A stretch of DNA of 64,000 nucleotides from an uncultured Bacilli bacterium. GTDB taxonomy: Bacteria > Bacillota_I > Bacilli_A > RF39 > UBA660. The notes beneath the pieces were generated by a model that did no database searches, was not told the DNA's origin, and saw nothing but the letters and a program-made list of their open reading frames with translations. The stretch is from contig CAKPTA010000002.1 in assembly GCA_934190785.1 (NCBI GenBank), positions 146,269 through 210,268 on the forward strand. Reading direction: 5' to 3'. Made by a program: the position numbers and the translations under genes. Shown one piece after another: positions 53,473 to 62,033 of the stretch; within the stretch, counting starts at the first letter, position 1; each line of letters opens with the position of its first letter.

Positions 53473-56400
53473 ATGAATTATAAAGAAAGAGGATATCTAT
53501 TTCAAGATATATTTTCAACATATATAATTATTAAATATGTTAAACAAATATTATGTGGACAAAAGGTACAGGCAGAAGTGGTTTTAGATAAAAAGAATAG
53601 TAAAGATGATAAATTTGATGACTTAAAGATAATTAATAATGATGATATATTAGAAGTTCAATTAAAATATAAAGAAATAAAAGAAGAATTAGAATTATCC
53701 GATTTTTCAAATTATAGTGGTGACTTCAATCTCTATCAGTTTATTCGAAGTTATAAAAATGGAAAAAATAAACAGGTTTGTTTACTAATAAGCTTAAATA
53801 AAATTAAATTGTCGAACGAACTAATTAAAGTATTAATTTTAGAAGATGATAATAAATTTTTTTCAAATTCACACAGATATAAATTTAAAAAAACAAAACA
53901 GTTAATAAACCTTCTTTATAAAAAAAGATTATCTGCTAAAGAAAAGCCTAAAATAGATTATTCAGATTTGACAAAAAATGATATTGAAATTTTTTTGGAT
54001 AATTTTGTAATAGAAATTACTAATAAGTCTATTGTTAATAATAGTATAAAAGTAGAGGTATTAGACGAGATTAGTGATGACATTGAAAAAATATCAAAAA
54101 TACCCAAGCAAGTTCTATATAATGATATGATTGAGACTATAAGAGAATATAGAGCAGAAGATGAATATAGAAAAATTAGTATATCTGAAATAACTAAAAA
54201 ATGGATTGAAAGAATAAAATTGATGAATTATACAATTCCAGTTAATAATGAATTAAATGTTGATTATGATTGCTTTATATCTAGAAGAAATGATGTAAAA
54301 GCTATTTTAGAAAAATTTAATAATACAAATCTAATCCATGTTATTGGGCAACCAGGAGTAGGAAAAAGTTGGTTTTCTAAAGAATTAACAGATGAGTTAT
54401 GTAAGAAGAATATAAAAAATAGTACATATTACTTTTATTTTAATTATGAAGATGTTGATAAGGAAAAGAGATTAAATGAGTATAATTTTATTACTACTTT
54501 TAATTATAATTTACAAAAATTTCATGGTTATAATATAAATATTTTTAATATGAATTTTGAAAAATTAGTACTTGGCGATGATGGTGAAGAGCATTACATT
54601 ATTTTTGATGGTCTTGACCATATTATTAGAGAAAAAAATTCAAATAGTATTAATATAGGTAATTTGATTGAAAAAATTGTAGAATTTTCAAAGAACAATA
54701 AAAATGTAAAAGTTCTAATTTTATCACAGCCATTAGAAGGAATTAAAATTGAAAATATATATGAATTAAAAAATTTAAATGAGTATCAATCAAATAAACT
54801 AATAGAGTTATATTCTAGAACATTAGATTTTCCTTTGGAAAAATTAATTGATAAAAGATTTTATTACAATAGTTGTGGGAATCCATTATTATTAAAATAT
54901 ATGGTAACAGACTATATTTTAAACGGCAATTTAGTTGATTACAAAATTACCGATTTAAATGATTATTACAAAAATATTTTTGATGGCAAACAATTTGTTA
55001 TTTATATGTATTTTGCAATTTTAAGTTTTCCTATATCACCAAAAGAATTAGAAGAGATTTCTTCTATATCTTTAGAAGAAATAATAAAAGAATTGAAATG
55101 TATTAGAAATGTATTATTAATAAATGAAAAAAATGAATATACGATTTTCCATGAAAGTTTAAGAAGATACATTTTATCATTAAAACAACTAAATAAAGAT
55201 AAATTGATAATGGATATAATTAATTGGTTTAATACTAAAGATTTATATTTTGAATCTAAAAAATTTAATTATTATCCATCTTTTGTATTAGAAAATAAAA
55301 AATATGAGTTATTTGATGAGAAATTTAATTATCAAAAAATAAAAATGGCAATTATTCAAAATGCATATTCAAATAAAGAAGTCCATCTTTTTATTAGAAA
55401 TTTATATATTATAAGTCAACATAAGTCAGATTTTAAAATGCTGTATTACTTAGAATATTTTTATGATGCTTATTATACTTTTTCATATGACTTTGATGTA
55501 AATATATTTGAGAACTACATTTATATGCTCTATTACTCTGGTGAATTTGATTTAATTAGAAAATTGGTTTATACAAAGAATATATCAGAATTTTCTAATG
55601 TTAATCAGCAGTGGGAATATATGAGAAAAATACTTGTTTTTCTATTAAAAAATAAATTTGAATTAAATTATAAAGAAATAATTAATAAATATTTTAATCA
55701 TGATAAAAGCAATAAAGTAATAAGGATAAATGACTTATTAATATCTGATGATTATGATAATATTAGATTAATATATGAATACTTAAAATATAATAAAATA
55801 TCTGATTTAAAGTTGACAGAAAATAATTTAGATATTAGTTCAGATTTATATGTATTATTGAATGCATTATTAAAAAATGAGAAAAGTCTTTTTATAGAAA
55901 CTTTTTATAAAAAGGATATTTTTCTATTAAAAAATAAAAATAAAGATTTATCAAATTTATTATTAAAATTATGTGAAAAGAAGTATATTTCTTCTTTAAA
56001 TAATTTATTTTTGCTAATTAATTATATATTTAATAACAATGAAAAAAAAATAAACAAATTGTTTTCTAATTGGGATCAAACATTTGAAAATGTTCCTTGT
56101 GTTTATAAATTTATTTGTATTTTTATAAAGTTGCTCTTGAATGATAATACTACAGAAACAGAAATTGCTGATTTTTTTAATCAATATAATTTTGAAACAC
56201 TAAACTTTGAAGGATATTTAAGCAATTATAATAATAATGATATAAATTTTATTGGTAAACTTGTTGTACTAAGCAGTAAGAAGAATTTTGTTATTCAATG
56301 CTTTATGAAATTTAAAGAAAGGATTTCAAAAGAAGCTGCAAAGCATTATCATGACGGAATTATATCCCTGTTAGCATCTATATATAGTCAAATTATAGAG

Positions 56401-58335
56401 AATGTCAAATATAATAATATTATATTAAATAAAGATACTTTAAATGAAATATTGATTAGGAATAATTATCAACAAAGTAATATAACAGAATTTGAAAATA
56501 ATATCATTAATTATACTTTATCAATAATTTCCGGAGAATTTAATGATATATATTATAATAATATAATTAAATATATGTTTAGTTACGGAAGCTATAGAGA
56601 TATACAAATATGGGAATTAGAAGATATACTTTCAAGATTAATTGGTTCAAGTAAAATTGATTTAAACAAATTTATACAATTAGTAACAATTGCCTATAAT
56701 GCAATAGACAGAATGGATAGAGCAAAGGATGTTTGGCATGTACCTAATGAACTAATAAAAATGTATTCTGACAAAATATCTCCTATAGAGGCAATAAATG
56801 TTTTCTTTAGTTTTTTAGAAACCTTTGACTATGATATAAGAGATAAAGATGATTTATTTTCACATTTATATGAAAATCTAAGCAATAATGAAAAGAATAA
56901 TAAGATAAATTTTATATATAATTATTGGCGATTCATGAATAAAAATATTACTTATCAATTTGATTCTAATAATACCGAACTAAAACAATGCATTAAAAAT
57001 TCTACTAAAGCACAGTTTAATTTTCTAAAATACAATATTTTGGAGTCATTAAAATTGAATGATATAGAATTGAATTATAATATACTAAAAGAAAAGTTTA
57101 ACAAGAAAAAATTGATATTAAATTATACATATCATCCACTTAAAAATTATTTGAAAAATGATAATCCCTATACTAATTCTATTAAATTTAATTCTTTTGC
57201 GGAATTCATTGAAAAAACAAATAATAGTTATTTTGATTGTAGAACTATTAATTTTGATAGTTTTATAAAAAATATTAAAGAATTAAATGATTCACAAGAT
57301 GTATTTAATTTATTTATAAATACAAAAAATTCTTCATACTTAAATTATATTTATGAAATATTTGAAAAAAACAATCTTGATTACAATACAATAAACGAAG
57401 ATATAATAGTAGAAATTTTAGTTGGAATTTACTATAGAAGCAATGGATATGTTTCTAACATGTCATATGATGAAATATTTGAAAAAGCCTTGCAAATTTC
57501 TCCAACAAAAGCAAAAGAGTCACTTAAAAGATATGTAATAAATGATAATAATATCGATTTAGGTAGAAAATCAGGAAAAATATTTAAATACCTGCTTAAT
57601 GATAATGACATTGATGAAATCTATAATTATGTTATTGAAATATATTTTTCACGATTACCAAATTATATAGAAATTACTAGGTATTGGAATTTAAATAAAT
57701 TTGATAATAATGATATTCTTTTAAATTATTTTTTAATAAAAATAATGAATTCAGGATTAAAACATAACCTATCTACAACTGAAGAAATGATTTTTTTAAA
57801 ACTGTTTGAGGTAAAAAAATTTTCAAATAATAAGATAGTTTATATGAAAAACATGGAAGGAGACTCATTATTTTATATTATTAATTTTTTGAAAATGTAC
57901 AGTAGGGTATTACGAATTAACTATGACTCTTTTTTGAATTATAAAAATATTAATAAATTTAATTATATTAAATTTCAAATAAATAATTCTAAAACAGAGA
58001 TTGTTGAATCAGAACGAAGTTTAGTAAATGATGAGTTAGATACAAAATTAGTAAGAAATTATAGAGGGTTAATAGCTATAGAATCTGACTTGGTATATTG
58101 GTATGAAGCAAATATGTATCAAGATTTTGGTGACGATTTGTTAGATAGAAATATAAATTATAAAATATTTCATATGCATAAAGTAAATGTTTTAAAATAT
58201 TTAAAAAACAGATTTTTATGTAATTTAAAATTAAAGATTTATTGGAGGAAGATTAATAAAATTATTAGAAAATCTTATTATGTTTTCCCTTCTTCATCTG
58301 TCATTTATATATATAATGAAAGAGACAATATATGA
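53473..58335 (+). CDS. very large (about 1,620 aa) STAND/NACHT-like P-loop NTPase; candidate antiviral STAND (Avs-like) sensor-effector protein
   Basis: RBS AAAGGAAG and ATG at 53473; the track's GTG at 53464 is less likely. Walker A VIGQPGVGKSW at about aa 292. Walker B HYIIFDGLDH is the STAND-type hhhhDGLD. Downstream TIFHESLRRYI resembles the NACHT FxHxSxQEYL motif. The N-terminal roughly 250 aa contain a D...ExQxK-like pattern (FDDLKIINNDDILEVQLKYK), a possible PD-(D/E)xK-like nuclease. The C-terminal roughly 1,000 aa are N/K/Y/I-rich, helical and repeat-like. No signal peptide. Very low GC. Confidence 0.7.
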   Translation: MNYKERGYLFQDIFSTYIIIKYVKQILCGQKVQAEVVLDKKNSKDDKFDDLKIINNDDILEVQLKYKEIKEELELSDFSNYSGDFNLYQFIRSYKNGKNKQVCLLISLNKIKLSNELIKVLILEDDNKFFSNSHRYKFKKTKQLINLLYKKRLSAKEKPKIDYSDLTKNDIEIFLDNFVIEITNKSIVNNSIKVEVLDEISDDIEKISKIPKQVLYNDMIETIREYRAEDEYRKISISEITKKWIERIKLMNYTIPVNNELNVDYDCFISRRNDVKAILEKFNNTNLIHVIGQPGVGKSWFSKELTDELCKKNIKNSTYYFYFNYEDVDKEKRLNEYNFITTFNYNLQKFHGYNINIFNMNFEKLVLGDDGEEHYIIFDGLDHIIREKNSNSINIGNLIEKIVEFSKNNKNVKVLILSQPLEGIKIENIYELKNLNEYQSNKLIELYSRTLDFPLEKLIDKRFYYNSCGNPLLLKYMVTDYILNGNLVDYKITDLNDYYKNIFDGKQFVIYMYFAILSFPISPKELEEISSISLEEIIKELKCIRNVLLINEKNEYTIFHESLRRYILSLKQLNKDKLIMDIINWFNTKDLYFESKKFNYYPSFVLENKKYELFDEKFNYQKIKMAIIQNAYSNKEVHLFIRNLYIISQHKSDFKMLYYLEYFYDAYYTFSYDFDVNIFENYIYMLYYSGEFDLIRKLVYTKNISEFSNVNQQWEYMRKILVFLLKNKFELNYKEIINKYFNHDKSNKVIRINDLLISDDYDNIRLIYEYLKYNKISDLKLTENNLDISSDLYVLLNALLKNEKSLFIETFYKKDIFLLKNKNKDLSNLLLKLCEKKYISSLNNLFLLINYIFNNNEKKINKLFSNWDQTFENVPCVYKFICIFIKLLLNDNTTETEIADFFNQYNFETLNFEGYLSNYNNNDINFIGKLVVLSSKKNFVIQCFMKFKERISKEAAKHYHDGIISLLASIYSQIIENVKYNNIILNKDTLNEILIRNNYQQSNITEFENNIINYTLSIISGEFNDIYYNNIIKYMFSYGSYRDIQIWELEDILSRLIGSSKIDLNKFIQLVTIAYNAIDRMDRAKDVWHVPNELIKMYSDKISPIEAINVFFSFLETFDYDIRDKDDLFSHLYENLSNNEKNNKINFIYNYWRFMNKNITYQFDSNNTELKQCIKNSTKAQFNFLKYNILESLKLNDIELNYNILKEKFNKKKLILNYTYHPLKNYLKNDNPYTNSIKFNSFAEFIEKTNNSYFDCRTINFDSFIKNIKELNDSQDVFNLFINTKNSSYLNYIYEIFEKNNLDYNTINEDIIVEILVGIYYRSNGYVSNMSYDEIFEKALQISPTKAKESLKRYVINDNNIDLGRKSGKIFKYLLNDNDIDEIYNYVIEIYFSRLPNYIEITRYWNLNKFDNNDILLNYFLIKIMNSGLKHNLSTTEEMIFLKLFEVKKFSNNKIVYMKNMEGDSLFYIINFLKMYSRVLRINYDSFLNYKNINKFNYIKFQINNSKTEIVESERSLVNDELDTKLVRNYRGLIAIESDLVYWYEANMYQDFGDDLLDRNINYKIFHMHKVNVLKYLKNRFLCNLKLKIYWRKINKIIRKSYYVFPSSSVIYIYNERDNI

Positions 58336-58366
58336 TATAATTATATATAGTTAGGAGGTTTTAATT

Positions 58367-59197
58367 ATGACTGAAAAAGAATTAGATTCAAGTGTTAACG
58401 AATATGAAGAAAAATATAAATCTAATAATTATGTAAAACAATTGAAGTGGGATATGGCTATTGGACTTCAAGAAGTAGATAATTTAAAGCCTTCTAAATA
58501 TTTAGAAAAATTATTAAAGGAAGAAGTAGAAGGTAATTTAACAATAGAAGAAGTAGAAAAAGAATTAAGAGAATATTATATTGAAAAAGAAAGTAAAAAT
58601 GAAGTAAATCATAATGAATTAGAATGTGATTTTGTATCTACTAGAATAGTTGAATTATTAAATAAAGATAATTTCGATTTATCAGTTAATTATTTAAAAT
58701 ACGTTCATAAATTTTTATTTCAAGATGTTTATGAATTTGTTGGTGAATTTAGAAAAATAGATTTTTCTAAACAGGAAAAGATACTTAACAATGATTCAGT
58801 AGTATATGGAGATTGTACTACTTTAAATCAATCACTAGAATACGATATATCGAAAGAATTAGAAAAAAACTATAAAGAAATGAATATAGTTGAAGTTATT
58901 AATAACATAACTAAATTTTCTTCTAGTATATGGCAAGTGCATCCTTTTAGAGAAGGAAATACTAGAACTACAGCCTTATTTATTGAAAAGTATTTAATTA
59001 GTTTAGGTTATAACTTAGATAATAGTTTATTTAAAGATAAATCGGTTTATTTTAGAAATGCTTTAGTAAGAAGTAATTATTTTAATAATTATTTGAATAT
59101 AAAAGAAGATAGTAGTTATTTATTTAAATTTTATGAAAATTTATTATTAGGTAAGAACAATAACCTACATTCAAAGGATTTAATTGTTCAAGAATAA
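58367..59197 (+). CDS. Fic/Doc (Fido) family protein with non-canonical active-site motif
   Basis: 276 aa. HPFREGNTRTTALFIEKYL matches HPFx(D/E)GNGRxxR except the second Gly is Thr and the final Arg is Ala. Starts 32 nt after the NTPase stop, with RBS AGGAGG, so likely co-transcribed. Terminator at 59209-59236. Confidence 0.7.
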   Translation: MTEKELDSSVNEYEEKYKSNNYVKQLKWDMAIGLQEVDNLKPSKYLEKLLKEEVEGNLTIEEVEKELREYYIEKESKNEVNHNELECDFVSTRIVELLNKDNFDLSVNYLKYVHKFLFQDVYEFVGEFRKIDFSKQEKILNNDSVVYGDCTTLNQSLEYDISKELEKNYKEMNIVEVINNITKFSSSIWQVHPFREGNTRTTALFIEKYLISLGYNLDNSLFKDKSVYFRNALVRSNYFNNYLNIKEDSSYLFKFYENLLLGKNNNLHSKDLIVQE

Positions 59198-59208
59198 TTG
59201 TTTGATAA

Positions 59209-59236
59209 AAAGTAATTAAACTATTACTTTTTTTAG
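59209..59236 (+). terminator. rho-independent terminator of the NTPase-Fic operon
   Basis: Perfect stem AAAGTAAT / ATTACTTT, loop TAAACT, then T7. Confidence 0.6.
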
Positions 59237-59287
59237 CAATTTTGATATATTGGTTATGCAAGGAAAAAATGGTAATACATTTTTGCA

Positions 59288-59326
59288 AGGGCACTATCTA
59301 GCGGTAGAGCCCTATTTTTTATTTTT
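59288..59326 (+). terminator. second hairpin terminator upstream of hsdM
   Basis: GC-containing stem GGGCACTATC / GGTAGAGCCC (one mismatch, one G-U pair) followed by TATTTTTTATTTTT. Confidence 0.45.
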
Positions 59327-59463
59327 GATTATGTAATAAGAGAATGTATTTTCTCTTTTTTTTTTTATAATTTTTTAGTTCAAATCCAAAGTTTACCAAA
59401 TTTCATGATATAATTAATATGATGGATGTTTATAATCTTATATAAATATAGGAGAGGGAGATT

Positions 59464-60963
59464 ATGGAAGAAAAAGATTTAAAAAAATTAGAAGATAAAT
59501 TATGGGCAGCTGCCGACAAAATGAGAGGTGCTGTTTCTGTATCAGATTATAAATTTATAGTACTAGGGTTAATATTCTTAAAATATATTTCTGATTCTTT
59601 TGAAGAAAAATATAATGAACTTGTAGATGAAGGTGCTGGATTAGAAGAAGAAAGAGATTGTTATACAGCAGAAAATATATTCTATGTTCCAAAAAATGCT
59701 AGATGGGAATATTTAGTAGAACATTCAAAGGATTCTAATATTGGTGAAATTATAGATGATGCTTTAACATTAATAGAAAAAGAAAATACATCATTGAAGA
59801 ATGTTTTACCAAAAGATTACAACTCTCCAACAATGAGAAATGTCAATTTAGGTGAACTACTAGATTTATTTACCAATATTAAAGTTGGAACTAAAGAAGC
59901 AATTCAAAAAGATATTTTAGGAAGAATATATGAATATTTTTTAGGTCAATTTGCCAAAAATGAATTACAAAAAGGTGGAGAATTTTATACACCAGCTTGC
60001 TTAGTTAGAACTATGGTTGAATGTATTGAACCATTTAAAGGTAAAGTATATGATCCAGCTTGTGGTTCTGGTGGAATGTTTATTCAATCAATGAAGTTTG
60101 TAGAAGAAAATCAAGGTAATATATATAATATTGGAATTTATGGACAAGAGAAAAATCCTACCACATGGCGACTTGCAAAAATGAACTTAGCTATAAGGTC
60201 TATGTATGGTGATTTAGGAAAATATGCGGCTGATACTTTTACTGAAGATTTACATAAAGATTTAAAAGCTGATTTTATACTTGCCAATCCACCATTTAAT
60301 CTTGAGTGGGATAGAGATAAAGTCGAAAATGATCCAAGATGGAGATATGGTTTAGCACCTAAAAACAATGCCAATTTTGCTTGGTTACAACACATGATAT
60401 CTAAGTTATCACAGAATGGTAAAATGGCTTGTATTTTAGCAAATGGTTCATTATCAGCAGGTGGTCAAGAGGGCGAAATAAGAAAAAAACTAATTGAAAA
60501 TGATTTAGTAGATTGTATCTTATCAATGCCTACTAACTTATTCTATACAGTTACCGTTCCATGTTCTATATGGATAATTAATAGAAATAAGAAACAAAAA
60601 GGTAAAACATTATTTATTAATGCAAATAATTTGGGTTCAATGGTAACTAGAAGATTAAGAGAGTTATCAGAAACAGATATTAAAAAAATTGCAGATACAT
60701 ATCATAGATATCAAAATGATGATAATTATGAAAATGTTAAAGGATTTTGTTATTCAGCAACTACAGAAGAAATAAGTGCCAATGATAATGTATTGACACC
60801 TGGTAGATATGTTGGAGTTGAAGAAAATCAATGTGATGATGTTCCGTTTGAAGAGAAAATGAAGAATATTACTTCAGAATTATCAAAGCAATTTGAAGAA
60901 TCACATAGATTAGAGGAAGAAATTAGAAAAAATATGAAAGCCATTGGTTTTGAGTTAGAATAA
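59464..60963 (+). CDS. hsdM: type I restriction-modification system DNA methyltransferase subunit HsdM (N6-adenine)
   Basis: 499 aa. N-terminal HsdM_N (LWAAADKMRG). SAM motif DPACGSGGMF. Catalytic NPPF (ILANPPFNLEW). An extended -10 TGATATAAT lies at 59406-14. Confidence 0.9.
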   Translation: MEEKDLKKLEDKLWAAADKMRGAVSVSDYKFIVLGLIFLKYISDSFEEKYNELVDEGAGLEEERDCYTAENIFYVPKNARWEYLVEHSKDSNIGEIIDDALTLIEKENTSLKNVLPKDYNSPTMRNVNLGELLDLFTNIKVGTKEAIQKDILGRIYEYFLGQFAKNELQKGGEFYTPACLVRTMVECIEPFKGKVYDPACGSGGMFIQSMKFVEENQGNIYNIGIYGQEKNPTTWRLAKMNLAIRSMYGDLGKYAADTFTEDLHKDLKADFILANPPFNLEWDRDKVENDPRWRYGLAPKNNANFAWLQHMISKLSQNGKMACILANGSLSAGGQEGEIRKKLIENDLVDCILSMPTNLFYTVTVPCSIWIINRNKKQKGKTLFINANNLGSMVTRRLRELSETDIKKIADTYHRYQNDDNYENVKGFCYSATTEEISANDNVLTPGRYVGVEENQCDDVPFEEKMKNITSELSKQFEESHRLEEEIRKNMKAIGFELE

Positions 60964-61007
60964 TCGTTTGTAGTATAATAATTACCGTCTTAAAGGGGGA
61001 AATTATT

Positions 61008-62006
61008 ATGAAAACGGAAGTAATATCTAATATTACAAAAGACATGGAAGATAGTCTTACTGATTATCAACTAAATAAGCTTAAAGAGAGCTTAATAATA
61101 AACTTCGAAGGAGTAGAGTTTATTATAAAAACTGATGAAGTAAAACATCAGGAAGAATTAGATGAAAATAAGAATATGATTGATTCATTTATTTCATCTA
61201 AACAAGTTGAAGGTTGTTCAGAACGAACAATTAAATACTATAAAGAAATTATTGAAAAATTTGTTAATAGTTTTGATAAAAGTATTAAACAAATATCAAC
61301 AAATGAAATAAGAAATTATTTATCTAATTATAAAGATAATAGTTCTTGTGGATCTACAACTATAGATAATATAAGAAGGGTATTATCATCATTCTTCTCT
61401 TGGTTAGAAGATGAGGATTATATTATAAAGAGTCCAGTTAGACGAATACATAAAATAAAAACAGCAGTGGTTGTTAAAGATGTTTTAACTGATGAAAATT
61501 TAGAAAGGTTAAGAGATGAATGTGAAAACGTAAGAGATTTATCACTAATAGAATTATTAATTTCAACAGGAATGAGAGTTGGAGAACTTGTTAATTTAAA
61601 TATTAATAGTCTTAATTTTGAAGATCGTTCTTGTATTGTATTAGGTAAAGGTAATAAAGAAAGAGAAGTATATTTTGATGCAAAAACAAAATTGCATTTA
61701 AAAAAATATATTTCAAAAAGAAATGATTCAAACGATGCCTTATTTGTATCAATGAGAGAACCACATCAGAAATTATCTATTTCTGGTATTGAATTAATAA
61801 TTAGAACATTAGGAATAAATTCAAATATAAATAAAGTTCATCCACACAAATTTAGAAGAACATTAGCAACAATGGCAATAGATAAAGGTATGCCAGTTGA
61901 ACAAGTTCAAAAGTTGCTAGGTCATGTAAAAATAGAAACTACAATGAACTATGCTTTAGTTAATCAAAGTAATGTTAAAATATCACATAGAAGATATATA
62001 GCATAG
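61008..62006 (+). CDS. tyrosine site-specific recombinase (phage integrase / XerC-XerD family)
   Basis: 332 aa. N-terminal SAM-like core-binding domain. C-terminal catalytic region with R (GMRVGEL), HPHKFRRT and LGHVKIETTMNYA (H-x-x-R...Y). Confidence 0.8.
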   Translation: MKTEVISNITKDMEDSLTDYQLNKLKESLIINFEGVEFIIKTDEVKHQEELDENKNMIDSFISSKQVEGCSERTIKYYKEIIEKFVNSFDKSIKQISTNEIRNYLSNYKDNSSCGSTTIDNIRRVLSSFFSWLEDEDYIIKSPVRRIHKIKTAVVVKDVLTDENLERLRDECENVRDLSLIELLISTGMRVGELVNLNINSLNFEDRSCIVLGKGNKEREVYFDAKTKLHLKKYISKRNDSNDALFVSMREPHQKLSISGIELIIRTLGINSNINKVHPHKFRRTLATMAIDKGMPVEQVQKLLGHVKIETTMNYALVNQSNVKISHRRYIA

Positions 62007-62033
62007 AATTATTATTTGTAAAAGGAGAGAAAT

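Noticed and set aside
53473-58335. Possibility that the 1,620-aa N/K-rich protein is a surface adhesin or S-layer-like repeat protein
   Set aside because: It has no signal peptide or cell-wall anchor. It carries a clear cytoplasmic P-loop (GQPGVGKS) and STAND Walker B (DGLD), which argue for an intracellular NTPase.
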